Positions 9,279-18,981 of a DNA stretch of 46,418 nt are shown one piece after another. The DNA is from Clostridiales bacterium UBA6330. GTDB lineage: Bacteria; Bacillota; Clostridia; Oscillospirales; CAG-272. The stretch lies in the NCBI GenBank assembly GCA_002438075.1, contig DJSQ01000188.1:1-46418 (forward strand). The letters are read 5' to 3'. Both the position numbers and the translations under genes were made by a program. Every line of letters starts with the position of its first letter. The first letter of the stretch is position 1. Under the pieces are notes generated by a model. The model was given only the letters and a program-made list of their open reading frames with translations. It had not been told where the DNA came from and made no database searches.

Positions 9279-9491
9279 ATGTTTGCCAAAAGAGAAAGGT
9301 CGGGATATACGGAGAGAAAGCCGGAGGAATTATCGGGCGTGAAGAAAAAATCCTTCATTCTTCCCTATGCGGGCGGAGAGATTTGGTTTGAGCATCTCGA
9401 TGGAATCTATCAATATACCGAGCTTGCCATCCGATTCTTTGACGGCATCGAGCCTGCAAAGGAGTGGATATTGGAGGAGCGGAATATTTGA
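9279..9491 (+). CDS. hypothetical protein, 70 aa
   Basis: ATG 9279 is preceded by AAGGAGA. It ends just before a strong terminator. The track ORF 9069..9491 overlaps the AraC gene, so the downstream start is preferred. Confidence 0.4.
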   Translation: MFAKRERSGYTERKPEELSGVKKKSFILPYAGGEIWFEHLDGIYQYTELAIRFFDGIEPAKEWILEERNI

Positions 9492-9497
9492 AAAAAA

Positions 9498-9540
9498 GGC
9501 CCGCCGCCGACGCATGAATGCGTCGGCGGCGGGCCTTTTT
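9498..9540. terminator. bidirectional intrinsic terminator
   Basis: GGCCCGCCGCCGACGCA / TGCGTCGGCGGCGGGCC 17-bp stem, flanked by A7 (9491-9497) and T5 (9536-9540). Confidence 0.85.
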
Positions 9541-9666
9541 AATCAAACGGATATTCGATTTTCGCGCCGTTGGATAGGGTGAGTGTATATGTATAATATT
9601 CCGTTCCCCATGCTGTGTTATTCGCCAATGAAGCCCGCAATTGCACCTCGGCTCCGTTGTAGCTTT

Positions 9667-10809
9667 TCAAAACATATCGGCATAATTCTCCTCCAGAAAC
9701 TGCTTCAATTCGCTTCTGGAACTCAGGGAAATGCTGTTTGCAAGGCGGCGGATGCGGTAGGAAACGGTATTGCGGGCAAGGTGCAGGTCCTCCGCAATTG
9801 CTTCGTATGGGGTGCCTTGCAGGATGTGACGGATGATTCCCAAATCGGTCTCGTCGCAGATGCTGATCATCTTTTCCAGCTTGGAAAAGGTCTGCACCTC
9901 GTCGTTGTGGTAGAAGCAGGGGTTCGGGAGGTCGGGCGGCGGCAGTGGAGCGGCGGCGGAGGAGGGAGCGGGCACGGTTGAAAGCGGTTGCTTGGTTGTC
10001 TCTCTCGGAATCAGCTGTCCCGCAATTTTGAGTGTCAGGCGGAGCGATGGGGAATCGGCGTTTGCCAGATACCGATACAGAGAGATGACCTGCGCCCCGA
10101 TTGCGGCATGGTCGACGGTAAAAACCGACAGCTTCGGGTGGGAATGCGCAATCAGGTCAATGCCCCCGATGGTAATCAATTGCAGCGTGTCGGGCACGGC
10201 GATTCCGTCCGACCGCAGATGCTTCAGCAGGGAGAGCGCAACAATGTCGTTTACGCAGATAACCGCCCGAAAGCGGCGGAGCTGTCGGGAAAATTCCCGA
10301 TAGCAGGCGCCCAGGTCGTTTTCGTTATAGAAGCAGTGCCCCTCGGGGTCCTCGATTCCGCGAAGGCGGCATTCCTGTAGGAACGCCGTTTTTTTGATAT
10401 CATCGGTTGTGGAATTGCGGAACAGACCGTACAGGGCGATATCCGAGCACCCCTGCGCCTCAAAATATCGGTAAATTTCCCGAATTCCGCCGCCGTAATC
10501 AATCGCGCACTGCGCCGCGACCAATTCGGAGGGCCACGGATAGCTGTCCGTCAGGATGACGCGGATATTGCGGTCCCGAAAAAAGCAAAGCGCGGGAAAA
10601 ATCCACGAGGGGGAGGTTGCAATCAGAATGATCAGCCGCGGGCTTTGCGCAAAGAGCCGCTCATACGGGTATTCCCGATAGGTATTTCCGTCAATCTGCG
10701 TGACGGTGTATTTTTTCTGCGCGAGCACGGCTTCTATGCCGAGCCGCTGTTTGTCGCACCAGACGGAATGCTCCAGATATGCAGGTTCATACAGGATGGG
10801 GATTGTCAT
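9667..10809 (-). CDS. transcriptional regulator: LacI-type sugar-binding (periplasmic-binding-fold) domain with a C-terminal LuxR/GerE-type HTH
   Basis: Start moved to MTIPILYEP (RBS GGAGA). The motif AVICVNDIVALSLLKHLRSDGIAVPDTLQLITIGGID resembles the LacI effector domain. C-terminal LGIIRHILQGTPYEAIAEDLHLARNTVSYRIRRL. Confidence 0.7.
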   Translation of the reverse strand: MTIPILYEPAYLEHSVWCDKQRLGIEAVLAQKKYTVTQIDGNTYREYPYERLFAQSPRLIILIATSPSWIFPALCFFRDRNIRVILTDSYPWPSELVAAQCAIDYGGGIREIYRYFEAQGCSDIALYGLFRNSTTDDIKKTAFLQECRLRGIEDPEGHCFYNENDLGACYREFSRQLRRFRAVICVNDIVALSLLKHLRSDGIAVPDTLQLITIGGIDLIAHSHPKLSVFTVDHAAIGAQVISLYRYLANADSPSLRLTLKIAGQLIPRETTKQPLSTVPAPSSAAAPLPPPDLPNPCFYHNDEVQTFSKLEKMISICDETDLGIIRHILQGTPYEAIAEDLHLARNTVSYRIRRLANSISLSSRSELKQFLEENYADMF

Positions 10810-10944
10810 AACAGGTCTCCTTTTTCGCAAGCGTGGAAACGTTCCCGCATAATCATAGCATAAAAACGGGGCGCTGTCAAGCCTTTTTGCGAATCGATTG
10901 CGCCGCCCGACCAACTATTTCCGAAATTTTCTTTTATTTTGGTA

Positions 10945-10973
10945 TTGAAACCGAGCGGCGCTTCGATTATAAT
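10945..10973 (+). promoter_or_regulatory. sigma-70-type promoter of the sugar operon
   Basis: TTGAAA (10945-10950), 17 nt, TATAAT (10968-10973), 44 nt upstream of the ATG at 11017. Confidence 0.55.
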
Positions 10974-11016
10974 GAAAATAAGGTAGGTATAAAAACGGTC
11001 CGAGGAGGCAAGGAGC

Positions 11017-12108
11017 ATGAAAAACGAGAAATGGACGTCCGAGCGCGCATGGGAATGGTATCGCGCGCAGGGATGGATTCGCGGGTACTGCGGGTATCCG
11101 TCCAACTGCGTGAATCGGATTGCGCTCTGGCAGGAATACGGTCACGAGGCGGTGTTTGAACAGCAGGAGCGCGAATTTGCGCTGGCGAAGGAAACGGGAC
11201 TGAACGCCGTTCGCGCGGTGATTCAGTTCGAGGTCTGGCAGAAACAGCATGACAGCTTCATGCGTCATCTGGAGGAATACTTCACGCTTGCCGACCGCTA
11301 CGGGCTGAAGGTCATGCTTGTGCTCGGAAATGACTGCACCGTGGCGAAATCGCGGTGGAAGCCTGCCGTTTTCGGCGAACAGCCCGTGGATTGGGGCTAC
11401 CACAGCGGCATCAAGGGCGGTCAGCACGCGGGGGATTACCGCGAGGCGGGCTATCAGCTGTTGGATGACCCGACCGTCGAGCCGCTGTACTACGACATGG
11501 TTGCGGAGCTGGCGGAAACATACGGGCAGGACGAGCGGTTGCAGATCTGGAACGTCTGGAATGAGATTGGCAACAGCAACCGAGATACCATGAGCATTCC
11601 TGCAATGGAGAAATTCTTTGCCATCCTGCGGGAAAAGCAGGTCATACAGCCCTTGACTGCTGATGTCTGGTCATATGACGGAAATATGGAGGTCAACACC
11701 GAGGCGGGGAAACGCGCGCTGGAGCTTTCGGATGTTATTTCCTTCCATTGGTACGGCTCGTTTGCAACCACCGTGCGCCTGATTGCAAACCTGAAGCAAT
11801 ACGGCAGACCGCTGATTTGCAGTGAATGGCTGAACCGTTTGGAGTACGGCAACGACATCGAGCACCTGCTCCCGCTGTTCTGGTTGGAGAATATCGGCTC
11901 TTACCATTGGGGGCTGATGCAGGGCTATTCGCAGACCTTTGAGCCGTGGGGCGGGTACTTCCTCCGTCAGGAGAAGGGGGAGGAGCTTGACCTGACCAAA
12001 TGGCAGCACGACCTTTACCGCTTCAACGGACTGCCCTACATCCCGCGCGAAATCAAGGTGTTCCGCGAGTTTGCGGCGCTGGCGGACAATCGGCATGACA
12101 AAACCTGA
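11017..12108 (+). CDS. glycoside hydrolase, clan GH-A (cellulase/GH5-like TIM barrel), intracellular
   Basis: No signal peptide. NVWNEIGN (Asn-Glu acid/base) and CSEWLN (candidate nucleophile Glu). RBS GAGGAGG upstream. Confidence 0.6.
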   Translation: MKNEKWTSERAWEWYRAQGWIRGYCGYPSNCVNRIALWQEYGHEAVFEQQEREFALAKETGLNAVRAVIQFEVWQKQHDSFMRHLEEYFTLADRYGLKVMLVLGNDCTVAKSRWKPAVFGEQPVDWGYHSGIKGGQHAGDYREAGYQLLDDPTVEPLYYDMVAELAETYGQDERLQIWNVWNEIGNSNRDTMSIPAMEKFFAILREKQVIQPLTADVWSYDGNMEVNTEAGKRALELSDVISFHWYGSFATTVRLIANLKQYGRPLICSEWLNRLEYGNDIEHLLPLFWLENIGSYHWGLMQGYSQTFEPWGGYFLRQEKGEELDLTKWQHDLYRFNGLPYIPREIKVFREFAALADNRHDKT

Positions 12109-13033
12109 AATCTTTGAACTTTGCGGCGGCGGGTATACCGCGCGCATCAATTTGTCGCGCGGGGCGAACTGCATCTCGCTCCGCCATTCCGCCACGGGTT
12201 CGCGCATCCTGCGGGAGCCGCCAGACCCGATGTGCTTGGATAACCCGTATCTTTACGGAATGCCGCTTCTTTTTCCCGTCAACCGCATTTCGGGCGGGCG
12301 GTTCGTATTTGAAGGGCGGGAGTACGTCTTTCCCGTCAACGAGCCGAACACGGGGTGCCACTTGCACGGGACGCTGCACGAAACGCCGTTTGCCGTGACC
12401 GCCCAAAGCGGGGACAGCCTGACGGCGGAATACACGGCGGACGTGGCGCACCCGTATCTGTCCTTCCCGCACGCGTTCACCCTGCGCCTGTCCTGCCGCT
12501 TGGAGGCGGACGGACTGCACTTGGAAACCGCTCTGACCAACCGCTCGGACACGGATATGCCGTATTTTCTCGGCTTCCATACGACCTTCAACCTTGCCAT
12601 GACGCCGAAAACGAACGCGGAAGCCGTGCTTGCAAAAGCGGAGCTGTCGCGCGAAATCGAGCGGGATATGACAACCTATCTTCCGACGGGCAGACTGCCG
12701 GAATTTGACGCGGTGTCGGCGGCACTGGCGGCGGGGACATGGCATCCCGCATCGGGCGCGGTCAGTCGGCATTACCGCGCGGGTAGCGGGGGACTTCTGA
12801 CCCTGACCGACCCCGAAAACGGCTTGCGGATGGTCTACCGCAACGATGCGGTGTTCGGCTACCGCCTGATTTACGGGGACGGGAAAACCTTTCTCTGCAT
12901 GGAGCCGCAGACCTGCATGGCGAACGCCGCGAATGCGCCGTTTGCGCGGGAGGAAACGGGATTCGCCTTTCTGCGCCCCAACGAAACAAAGCAGTTTCAT
13001 TCTCAAATCGGATTGGAGGAAATTGAAGTATGA
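12095..13033 (+). CDS. aldose 1-epimerase (mutarotase) family protein
   Basis: GANCISLRH...NPYLYGMPLLFPVNRISGGRFVFEGREYVFPVNEPNTGCHLHGTLHETPF. The ATG overlaps the upstream stop (ATGACAAAACCTGA). Confidence 0.8.
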   Translation: MTKPEIFELCGGGYTARINLSRGANCISLRHSATGSRILREPPDPMCLDNPYLYGMPLLFPVNRISGGRFVFEGREYVFPVNEPNTGCHLHGTLHETPFAVTAQSGDSLTAEYTADVAHPYLSFPHAFTLRLSCRLEADGLHLETALTNRSDTDMPYFLGFHTTFNLAMTPKTNAEAVLAKAELSREIERDMTTYLPTGRLPEFDAVSAALAAGTWHPASGAVSRHYRAGSGGLLTLTDPENGLRMVYRNDAVFGYRLIYGDGKTFLCMEPQTCMANAANAPFAREETGFAFLRPNETKQFHSQIGLEEIEV

Positions 13034-13716
13034 AAATCACGTGGCTTGGTCAGGCGGGACTGCTGTTTGAAACGGACGGCAAGGTGATTCTGCTCGACCC
13101 CTATCTTTCGGACAGCGTGGAGAAAATCGAGCCGCACAATCGGCGGCGCGTTCCCGTTGACCCGCGCTTCCTCTCGCTGAAGCCCGACCTGATTCTGCTC
13201 ACGCACAATCACCTCGACCACACCGACCCCGAAACGCTCTGCCACTATCTCGGCGCAGACACGGCGGTCACGGTGCTGGCTTCGGGCAACGCGTGGGAGA
13301 ACGTCCGCCGGCGGTTCGGCGGAATCAAAAACAATTACGTGCTGTTCAATCGCGGCACGGAGTGGACGGAGGGAAACCTGCATTTCCGCGCCGTCCGTGC
13401 CGTGCATTCGGACGACCGCCCAATCGGCGTTCTGTTGGAAGCCGAGGGGAAAACCTACTATATCACGGGTGACACGCTCTATGACGCGCGCATTTTCGAC
13501 GACCTGCCCAAGCACGTGGATGCGGTGTTCCTGCCCGTCAACGGGGTAGGGAACAACATGAACATGACCGACGGCGCGCGGTTCTGCGAGCGGATCGGCG
13601 CGGCGGCAGTTCCGCTTCACTGCGGGCTGTTCGACAGCCTTGACCTTGCCGCGTTCCCGTATCCGAACAAGGTCGTGCCGCAATTCTATCGGGAAATTTC
13701 TTTGGAGAAGATATAA
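13030..13716 (+). CDS. MBL-fold metallo-hydrolase (candidate lactonase in this context)
   Basis: LLTHNHLDHTD metal-binding motif; the start overlaps the upstream stop (ATGA). Confidence 0.8.
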   Translation: MKITWLGQAGLLFETDGKVILLDPYLSDSVEKIEPHNRRRVPVDPRFLSLKPDLILLTHNHLDHTDPETLCHYLGADTAVTVLASGNAWENVRRRFGGIKNNYVLFNRGTEWTEGNLHFRAVRAVHSDDRPIGVLLEAEGKTYYITGDTLYDARIFDDLPKHVDAVFLPVNGVGNNMNMTDGARFCERIGAAAVPLHCGLFDSLDLAAFPYPNKVVPQFYREISLEKI

Positions 13717-13720
13717 GAAT

Positions 13721-14872
13721 ATGAAAATTACAAAGCTGGAGCTTTTGAAGGTCAGACCCCGTTGGATGTTTCTGAAGATGTACACCGATACCGATTTGGT
13801 GGGACTCGGAGAGCCTGTTCTGGAGGGGCACTGCACCTCGGTTGAGGCGGTTGTCCGCGAATTTGAGGACTACCTCATCGGCAAAGATCCGATGCAGATA
13901 GAGCACCATGTGCAGGCGCTCTATCGCGGCGGCTTTTACCGCGGCGGACCCCTGATGCTCTCGGCAATCAGCGGCATTGAGCAGGCAATGTGGGACATCA
14001 AGGGGAAGTTCTACAACTGCCCCGTCTGGGAAATGCTCGGCGGCAAGGTGCGCGACAAAATTCGGATGTATACGCACATCAAACGGACCGCCGTTGCGGG
14101 TGATTTCTCGGTGGACGAGATGCTGAACATCGCCGATGAACGTCTGCGGGCGGGCTATACCGCGCTGAAATACTCCATCATTCCGCCCATCCGCGCAATC
14201 GATACGCCGCAGAACCTCATGGGGCATATCGCACGTTTTGCGGCGGAGCGCGAGAGAATCGGGGACAATGTGGACCTTGCCATTGATTTTCACGGGCGGG
14301 TCAGCCCTGCGATGGCTCTGCGCCTTGCCGAGGAATTGAAGCCCTACCGCCCGTTCTTCATTGAAGAGCCGTGTCTGCCCGAAAACGTGGACTGCATGGT
14401 AAACATTGCGCGGTCGACCTCCATTCCGATTGCGGCGGGCGAGCGGCTGTTCGGCAAATGGCAGTTCCGCGAGTTGTTGGAAAAGCAGGCGGTGGCGGTG
14501 GTTCAGCCCGACATCTGTCATTGCGGCGGTATTTTCGAGGGGCGGAAGATTGCCCTGATGTCGGAGCTGTACTTCGGCTCCATCGCGCCGCATAACCCGC
14601 TGGGTCCCATTTCGCTTGCCGCCTGCCTGCAGGTGGACGCGTGCAGTCCCAACTTCTTGGTGCAGGAGCACCCGGGCAACCCCGATGGCGGCGACCTCGG
14701 CGTTGGGTATCTGAAGGAGCCGTTTGTGATGAAGAACGGGTACATTGAGGTTCCCACCAAGCCGGGGCTTGGCGTGGAGCTGGATGAGGACGCGCTCAAG
14801 GAAAAATTGTATGACGGAAAATGGACAACGCCGCGGCAGTATTTCGAGGACGGAAGCAATGCCGATTGGTAA
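13721..14872 (+). CDS. dgoD: D-galactonate dehydratase (enolase superfamily)
   Basis: MKITKLELLKVRPRWMFLKMYTDTDLVGLGEPV...FYRGGPLMLSAISGIEQAMWDIKGK...DFHGRVSPAMA...YRPFFIEEP is collinear with E. coli DgoD ([33 protein letters not shown]...). The start is moved downstream from the track ORF. Confidence 0.9.
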   Translation: MKITKLELLKVRPRWMFLKMYTDTDLVGLGEPVLEGHCTSVEAVVREFEDYLIGKDPMQIEHHVQALYRGGFYRGGPLMLSAISGIEQAMWDIKGKFYNCPVWEMLGGKVRDKIRMYTHIKRTAVAGDFSVDEMLNIADERLRAGYTALKYSIIPPIRAIDTPQNLMGHIARFAAERERIGDNVDLAIDFHGRVSPAMALRLAEELKPYRPFFIEEPCLPENVDCMVNIARSTSIPIAAGERLFGKWQFRELLEKQAVAVVQPDICHCGGIFEGRKIALMSELYFGSIAPHNPLGPISLAACLQVDACSPNFLVQEHPGNPDGGDLGVGYLKEPFVMKNGYIEVPTKPGLGVELDEDALKEKLYDGKWTTPRQYFEDGSNADW

Positions 14873-14896
14873 GAAGCAAGAGGGGAGAAACAGAGC

Positions 14897-15676
14897 ATGG
14901 AACATACGGTTTTTGTAACCGGAGCGCATAACGGAACTGGATATGCCATTGCCGAGCGGTTTGCGCGCGAGGGCTGGTCGGTGCTGATCGGAAGCCGCAA
15001 CCAAGAGAGCGCCGACAATGCCGCCGAGAAGCTGAACCATACATACGGGGTCTACACGAAAGGGTATTCCCACCAGACCGCAACGCCCGATGCGGACGAG
15101 GTGCGGGCGATTTTCGAGGACATCCGCGCAAACGGACATTCGGTGGGGGCGCTGGTCCTCAACGCGGCAAACCTCGGCATGAATCAGGTGAGCATGGAGC
15201 TGGACATCCGCGATTTCATGGGGGTCTATAACACCAATATTTTCTGGAATTTCCTCATGGCGCGGGAGGCGGCAAAGCAGATGCGCGAGGCGGGCGGCGG
15301 GTCGATTGTGTTCATCGGCTCGAATTCGGCTCTGCGCGTGACCGAAAACCGATGCGCCTACTGCTCCTCCAAAAGTGCGATGATTGGGATGTCCAAGTCG
15401 CTCGCGGTGGACTGGGGCAAGTGGAACATCCGCTCCAACGTGGTTCTGCCGGGGATGATTAAGACCGAGCGGTGGGTAAACAACGTGAACAACACGAAAT
15501 ACTGCCTGCCGAACTATACCCCTCTGCACGACATTGCGGAATTCGAGGACATCGCAAACGCGGCGTGGTACTTCGGCAGTGAGCAGTCCCGCAACACAAC
15601 GGGAACCGAGCTGGTGGTGGACGGCGGGATGTTGGCACAGCTGACCCCGAACATCAACCGCACCCTGTGGGAGTGA
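14897..15676 (+). CDS. SDR family NAD(P)-dependent oxidoreductase (candidate sugar 1-dehydrogenase)
   Basis: VFVTGAHNGTGYAIA Rossmann motif and YCSSK catalytic Tyr-x3-Lys. Confidence 0.85.
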   Translation: MEHTVFVTGAHNGTGYAIAERFAREGWSVLIGSRNQESADNAAEKLNHTYGVYTKGYSHQTATPDADEVRAIFEDIRANGHSVGALVLNAANLGMNQVSMELDIRDFMGVYNTNIFWNFLMAREAAKQMREAGGGSIVFIGSNSALRVTENRCAYCSSKSAMIGMSKSLAVDWGKWNIRSNVVLPGMIKTERWVNNVNNTKYCLPNYTPLHDIAEFEDIANAAWYFGSEQSRNTTGTELVVDGGMLAQLTPNINRTLWE

Positions 15677-15680
15677 CGGC

Positions 15681-16643
15681 ATGACGGTTCTTTCCATTGA
15701 CGGCGGCACCACCAACACGCGGCTTGTATTGGTGCGGGACGGCAAAATTCTTGCTGCGGAGAAATGTGGGCTCGGCGCGCGGAATGCGGTGTTGGACGCA
15801 TCGCTTTCCTATGCGGAGGCTCTGACGGAAAAGCTCCGCGCGTTCCTTGCCAAAACGCAGATTACGCCGCAGGTTGCGGTTGCCTCGGGCATGATTTGCA
15901 GTGAAGCGGGGCTTGCCGTGACCCCGTATATCCAACCGCCCGCAAGCGCCGAGGCTTTGGCGGAGCACGCGACCAAATTTACGCTTCCCAAGCTGCCAGA
16001 GCTCCCCCTGTGGCTCGTTTCCGGACTGCGGACAGTGGGACGCACGGACGACCCAACGGAAACCGACATCATGCGCGGGGAGGAAATCGAGCTGTTGGGG
16101 CTTTGCGGTAAAGTCGGAGACGTGTCCCGAGCTGTGATTCTTCTGCCGGGGTCGCACCTCAAAACCGTGTTTCTGAATGCGGACGGCGTGGCGGAGGACT
16201 TCCGCACCTCCCTTTCGGGCGAACTGCTCCGCGCGGTTGCGGAGAATACCATTCTGCGCGAAAGGTTGATGGGAGTCTCCCCGAAGATGCCCGACCGTGA
16301 CCGCCTGCTTGCGGGCTGTACCTGCGCGGCGGAGCGCGGGGTGAACGAGGCGCTGTTCAAGGTGCGCATTCACCAAAAATTCTGCACGGACACATCGGAG
16401 CAGCTGTTCTCCTTCCTGCTCGGCGCGGTGCTGTGCGCCGATGTGGAGCGACTGCGGAAGGACGGCATGGGACGGAGGATTCTTGTCGGCGGCTCAGACC
16501 CGCTCCGCTTTGCCTATGCATTCCTGCTCCGCGAGCACGCGGGCTTGGAGGCGGAGGAAATTCCCGAGGCGATCTCGGAATACGCCGCGGCATACGGCGC
16601 GGAACGGATTGCGCTCGCATTGGAAAAGAGGAAAAACGGATGA
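15681..16643 (+). CDS. dgoK: 2-dehydro-3-deoxygalactonokinase
   Basis: IDGGTTNTR, DIMRGEEIELLG, LPGSHLKTV and SGELL parallel E. coli DgoK (IDWGSTNLR, NVMRGEETQLLG, MPGTHCKWV, TGELH). Confidence 0.8.
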   Translation: MTVLSIDGGTTNTRLVLVRDGKILAAEKCGLGARNAVLDASLSYAEALTEKLRAFLAKTQITPQVAVASGMICSEAGLAVTPYIQPPASAEALAEHATKFTLPKLPELPLWLVSGLRTVGRTDDPTETDIMRGEEIELLGLCGKVGDVSRAVILLPGSHLKTVFLNADGVAEDFRTSLSGELLRAVAENTILRERLMGVSPKMPDRDRLLAGCTCAAERGVNEALFKVRIHQKFCTDTSEQLFSFLLGAVLCADVERLRKDGMGRRILVGGSDPLRFAYAFLLREHAGLEAEEIPEAISEYAAAYGAERIALALEKRKNG

Positions 16644-17329
16644 AGAAAACCGAACTGATACAGGAAATCCGCGAGGCGGCAATCATCGCCATTATTCGCG
16701 GCGTGGAGCATGAAAAACTGCCGCCACTGCTGGACGCACTGGCGGCAGGCGGGATTCGGTTTGCGGAGATTACCTTTGACCAAACGGGAAGGACCTCCGA
16801 CGGGGAGACCGCGCAGAGCATCGCCGCGCTGAAAAAGCACATGGCGGGCAGGATGCACATCGGCGCGGGAACGGTGATGACGGTCGGACAGGCGGACCAA
16901 GCCATGACAGCGGGCGCAGAATTCCTGATTTCCCCGAACGTGAATCCCGAGGTCATCCGACATACCGTGGCGGCGGACTGCGTGTCCATCCCCGGGGCGA
17001 TGACCCCGACCGAGGCGGCGGTTGCCTACGAAAGCGGCGCGGATTTCGTCAAGATTTTTCCAGCGGATACATTGGGGCTGCCCTACATCAAAGCGCTGAT
17101 GGCACCGCTTTCACACATCCCGTTTCTTGCGGTCGGCGGGGTCAATGACCGTAACATCGGAGACTTCCTTGCCGCAGGGCTTGCCGGAGCCGGCGTCGGC
17201 TCGGCGCTCACCCCAAAGGACCGAATCGCGGCGGGAGCTTTTGAAGCAATCTCCGACATGGCAAAGCGCTATACGGATGCAGTTTTCACCGCGCGGAATG
17301 TTCGGAGCGCGTCCCCTCGGATAGGCTGA
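16640..17329 (+). CDS. dgoA: KDPG/KDPGal-type (Eda/DgoA family) class I aldolase
   Basis: MKKTELIQEIREAAIIAIIRGV...FAEITF...IGAGTV...FLISP...IPG..TPTE...G.DFVKIFPA. The start overlaps the dgoK stop (ATGA). The symbol is assigned from context; it could equally be called eda. Confidence 0.8.
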   Translation: MKKTELIQEIREAAIIAIIRGVEHEKLPPLLDALAAGGIRFAEITFDQTGRTSDGETAQSIAALKKHMAGRMHIGAGTVMTVGQADQAMTAGAEFLISPNVNPEVIRHTVAADCVSIPGAMTPTEAAVAYESGADFVKIFPADTLGLPYIKALMAPLSHIPFLAVGGVNDRNIGDFLAAGLAGAGVGSALTPKDRIAAGAFEAISDMAKRYTDAVFTARNVRSASPRIG

Positions 17330-17364
17330 AATGTTTTCCCGACCGCGCAAAGCATCCTACTTTT

Positions 17365-17393
17365 GCAGTCTCCCCGTGGGGGACTGCTTTTTT
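17365..17393 (+). terminator. intrinsic terminator of the sugar operon
   Basis: GCAGTCTCC..GGGGACTGC stem followed by T6 (17388-17393). Confidence 0.7.
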
Positions 17394-17408
17394 GCGATTC
17401 GTGCCGTC

Positions 17409-18494
17409 TCATTGCGTTTCCAAGTCGAGAAATTCCCTGTCGTTTCTTAAAAAATCAAATGCCTTGTTTGCCCGCAGCGCCTTTTTCAGCCCCTCCGTGA
17501 GTGTATCGGGGCTGTTGGTTGAAATGGTTGCGCGGTTGGAAACGGCACATCGGATTGGGTTGCTTGTGTAATGCCGTGTGCCCTCGGGCTGACCGTCAAA
17601 TTCCTTTGCGTGGCGGAATGCCTGTTGCAGTGCCGCAATGGTCTCCTCCCGCCGTTGCTCTGCCGCATAGAGCTCTGCCAGAATCAGGTAAATGCTTTGC
17701 AGGCGGACGTGGTAGAAAAGGAAATTGCCGTCGTAAATCAGGGTGTTCCAAAGAGAGACCGCAATCAGACAAGCCCTGATTCGGTCCTCTGCGGTATCGT
17801 AGGTATCGCCGCACAGGACCGATGTCAGCAGGTCCATGTAGGTCAGGAGATTCTGGTGCTTGACCGCCAGCTGCTTTTCCCGACTTTCCTTTGTATAATA
17901 GACGTGCTCCAACAGGACATTGCGGCAGGTGTAGATACTGCCCGACTGCTGTGCATACCTCGCGGCTTCGTCCTCGCTTGCAAACGGGAGCTGCGGCATG
18001 GAATAGAGGAGCACCAGCTTTTGAATTGCGCTGTTTCGGAGGTCCTGCTCCGTGCAGTCCCGCAGAATGCGTTTGCAGATGGCGATACATTCCGACGCGT
18101 CCCTCTCCGCCTCCTGCCCGCTTCCGCTGACCGATATCTGAAACAGGTTGTGGGCAAGGGCGGAGAGGCAGGAGAAGTCCATCGGGTATTTTTGCGTTGC
18201 TTCGCGCCACAGTGCGAGGTCCTTTTCCGTCTCTCCCTTACTCCGATATGCTTGTGACCGTGCACGATAGGCTTCGATTTCCGAATCCTTTTTTTCATAG
18301 GTCCGATCAAACAGGTTGTCGAGTGAGATGTCGAAAAAGTCCGCAAGGACGGGAAGCGTGGAAATATCGGGAGCGGTTCTTCCCGTTTCCCATTGGGAAA
18401 TTGCCGAAACGGACACGTTCAGATATTCGGCAAGCTGCTCCTGCGTCATGCTTCTTTCCTGCCGCAACCGCTTGATGGTTTCTCCGAGGTTCAT
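17409..18494 (-). CDS. XRE (Cro/C1) family HTH regulator with long helical/TPR-like C-terminal domain
   Basis: LGETIKRLRQERSMTQEQLAEYLNVSVSAISQWETGRTAPDISTLPVLADFFDISLDNLF. Confidence 0.8.
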   Translation of the reverse strand: MNLGETIKRLRQERSMTQEQLAEYLNVSVSAISQWETGRTAPDISTLPVLADFFDISLDNLFDRTYEKKDSEIEAYRARSQAYRSKGETEKDLALWREATQKYPMDFSCLSALAHNLFQISVSGSGQEAERDASECIAICKRILRDCTEQDLRNSAIQKLVLLYSMPQLPFASEDEAARYAQQSGSIYTCRNVLLEHVYYTKESREKQLAVKHQNLLTYMDLLTSVLCGDTYDTAEDRIRACLIAVSLWNTLIYDGNFLFYHVRLQSIYLILAELYAAEQRREETIAALQQAFRHAKEFDGQPEGTRHYTSNPIRCAVSNRATISTNSPDTLTEGLKKALRANKAFDFLRNDREFLDLETQ

Positions 18495-18981
18495 TTTTTA
18501 TGCCTCCTGAATGCGATATTCGTTTGCCTGTGCTTTTATTATACCATGCTTTTCCGCACATTGCAAGACAGCATTTGCGGAAATCGGTTCCGGAAATACT
18601 AAATTTTATTAGAACGAGAACAAGAATTTATATAAAAAAGAATGTCGGGAAACAATTTGGGGAAGAGAAAGGCAGAAATTGAACCACTTAATCCTGCTTT
18701 TTGAGCCTTTATCTCCTGATTCGACCCTATTTTTCAAAAAAGTAGGTGAAACTCGCTTTTATGGAAAGAAATCCTTTTTCTTCCAAAACCATGACATATT
18801 TTGTCAGGGTTTTGTGTTACAATATTTGTATCATATGAGACTGTGAACGGAATGATGTCGGAAGCAGTCATTGAAAAAAGAAAAGAAAGGAAGACCAACA
18901 TGAAGAAACCGAACGATGCTTTTTGTCCGATGCGAAACGGCTTGCGCACGGCAAAACGGAAGGTGAAGGAGGTGACGAACG

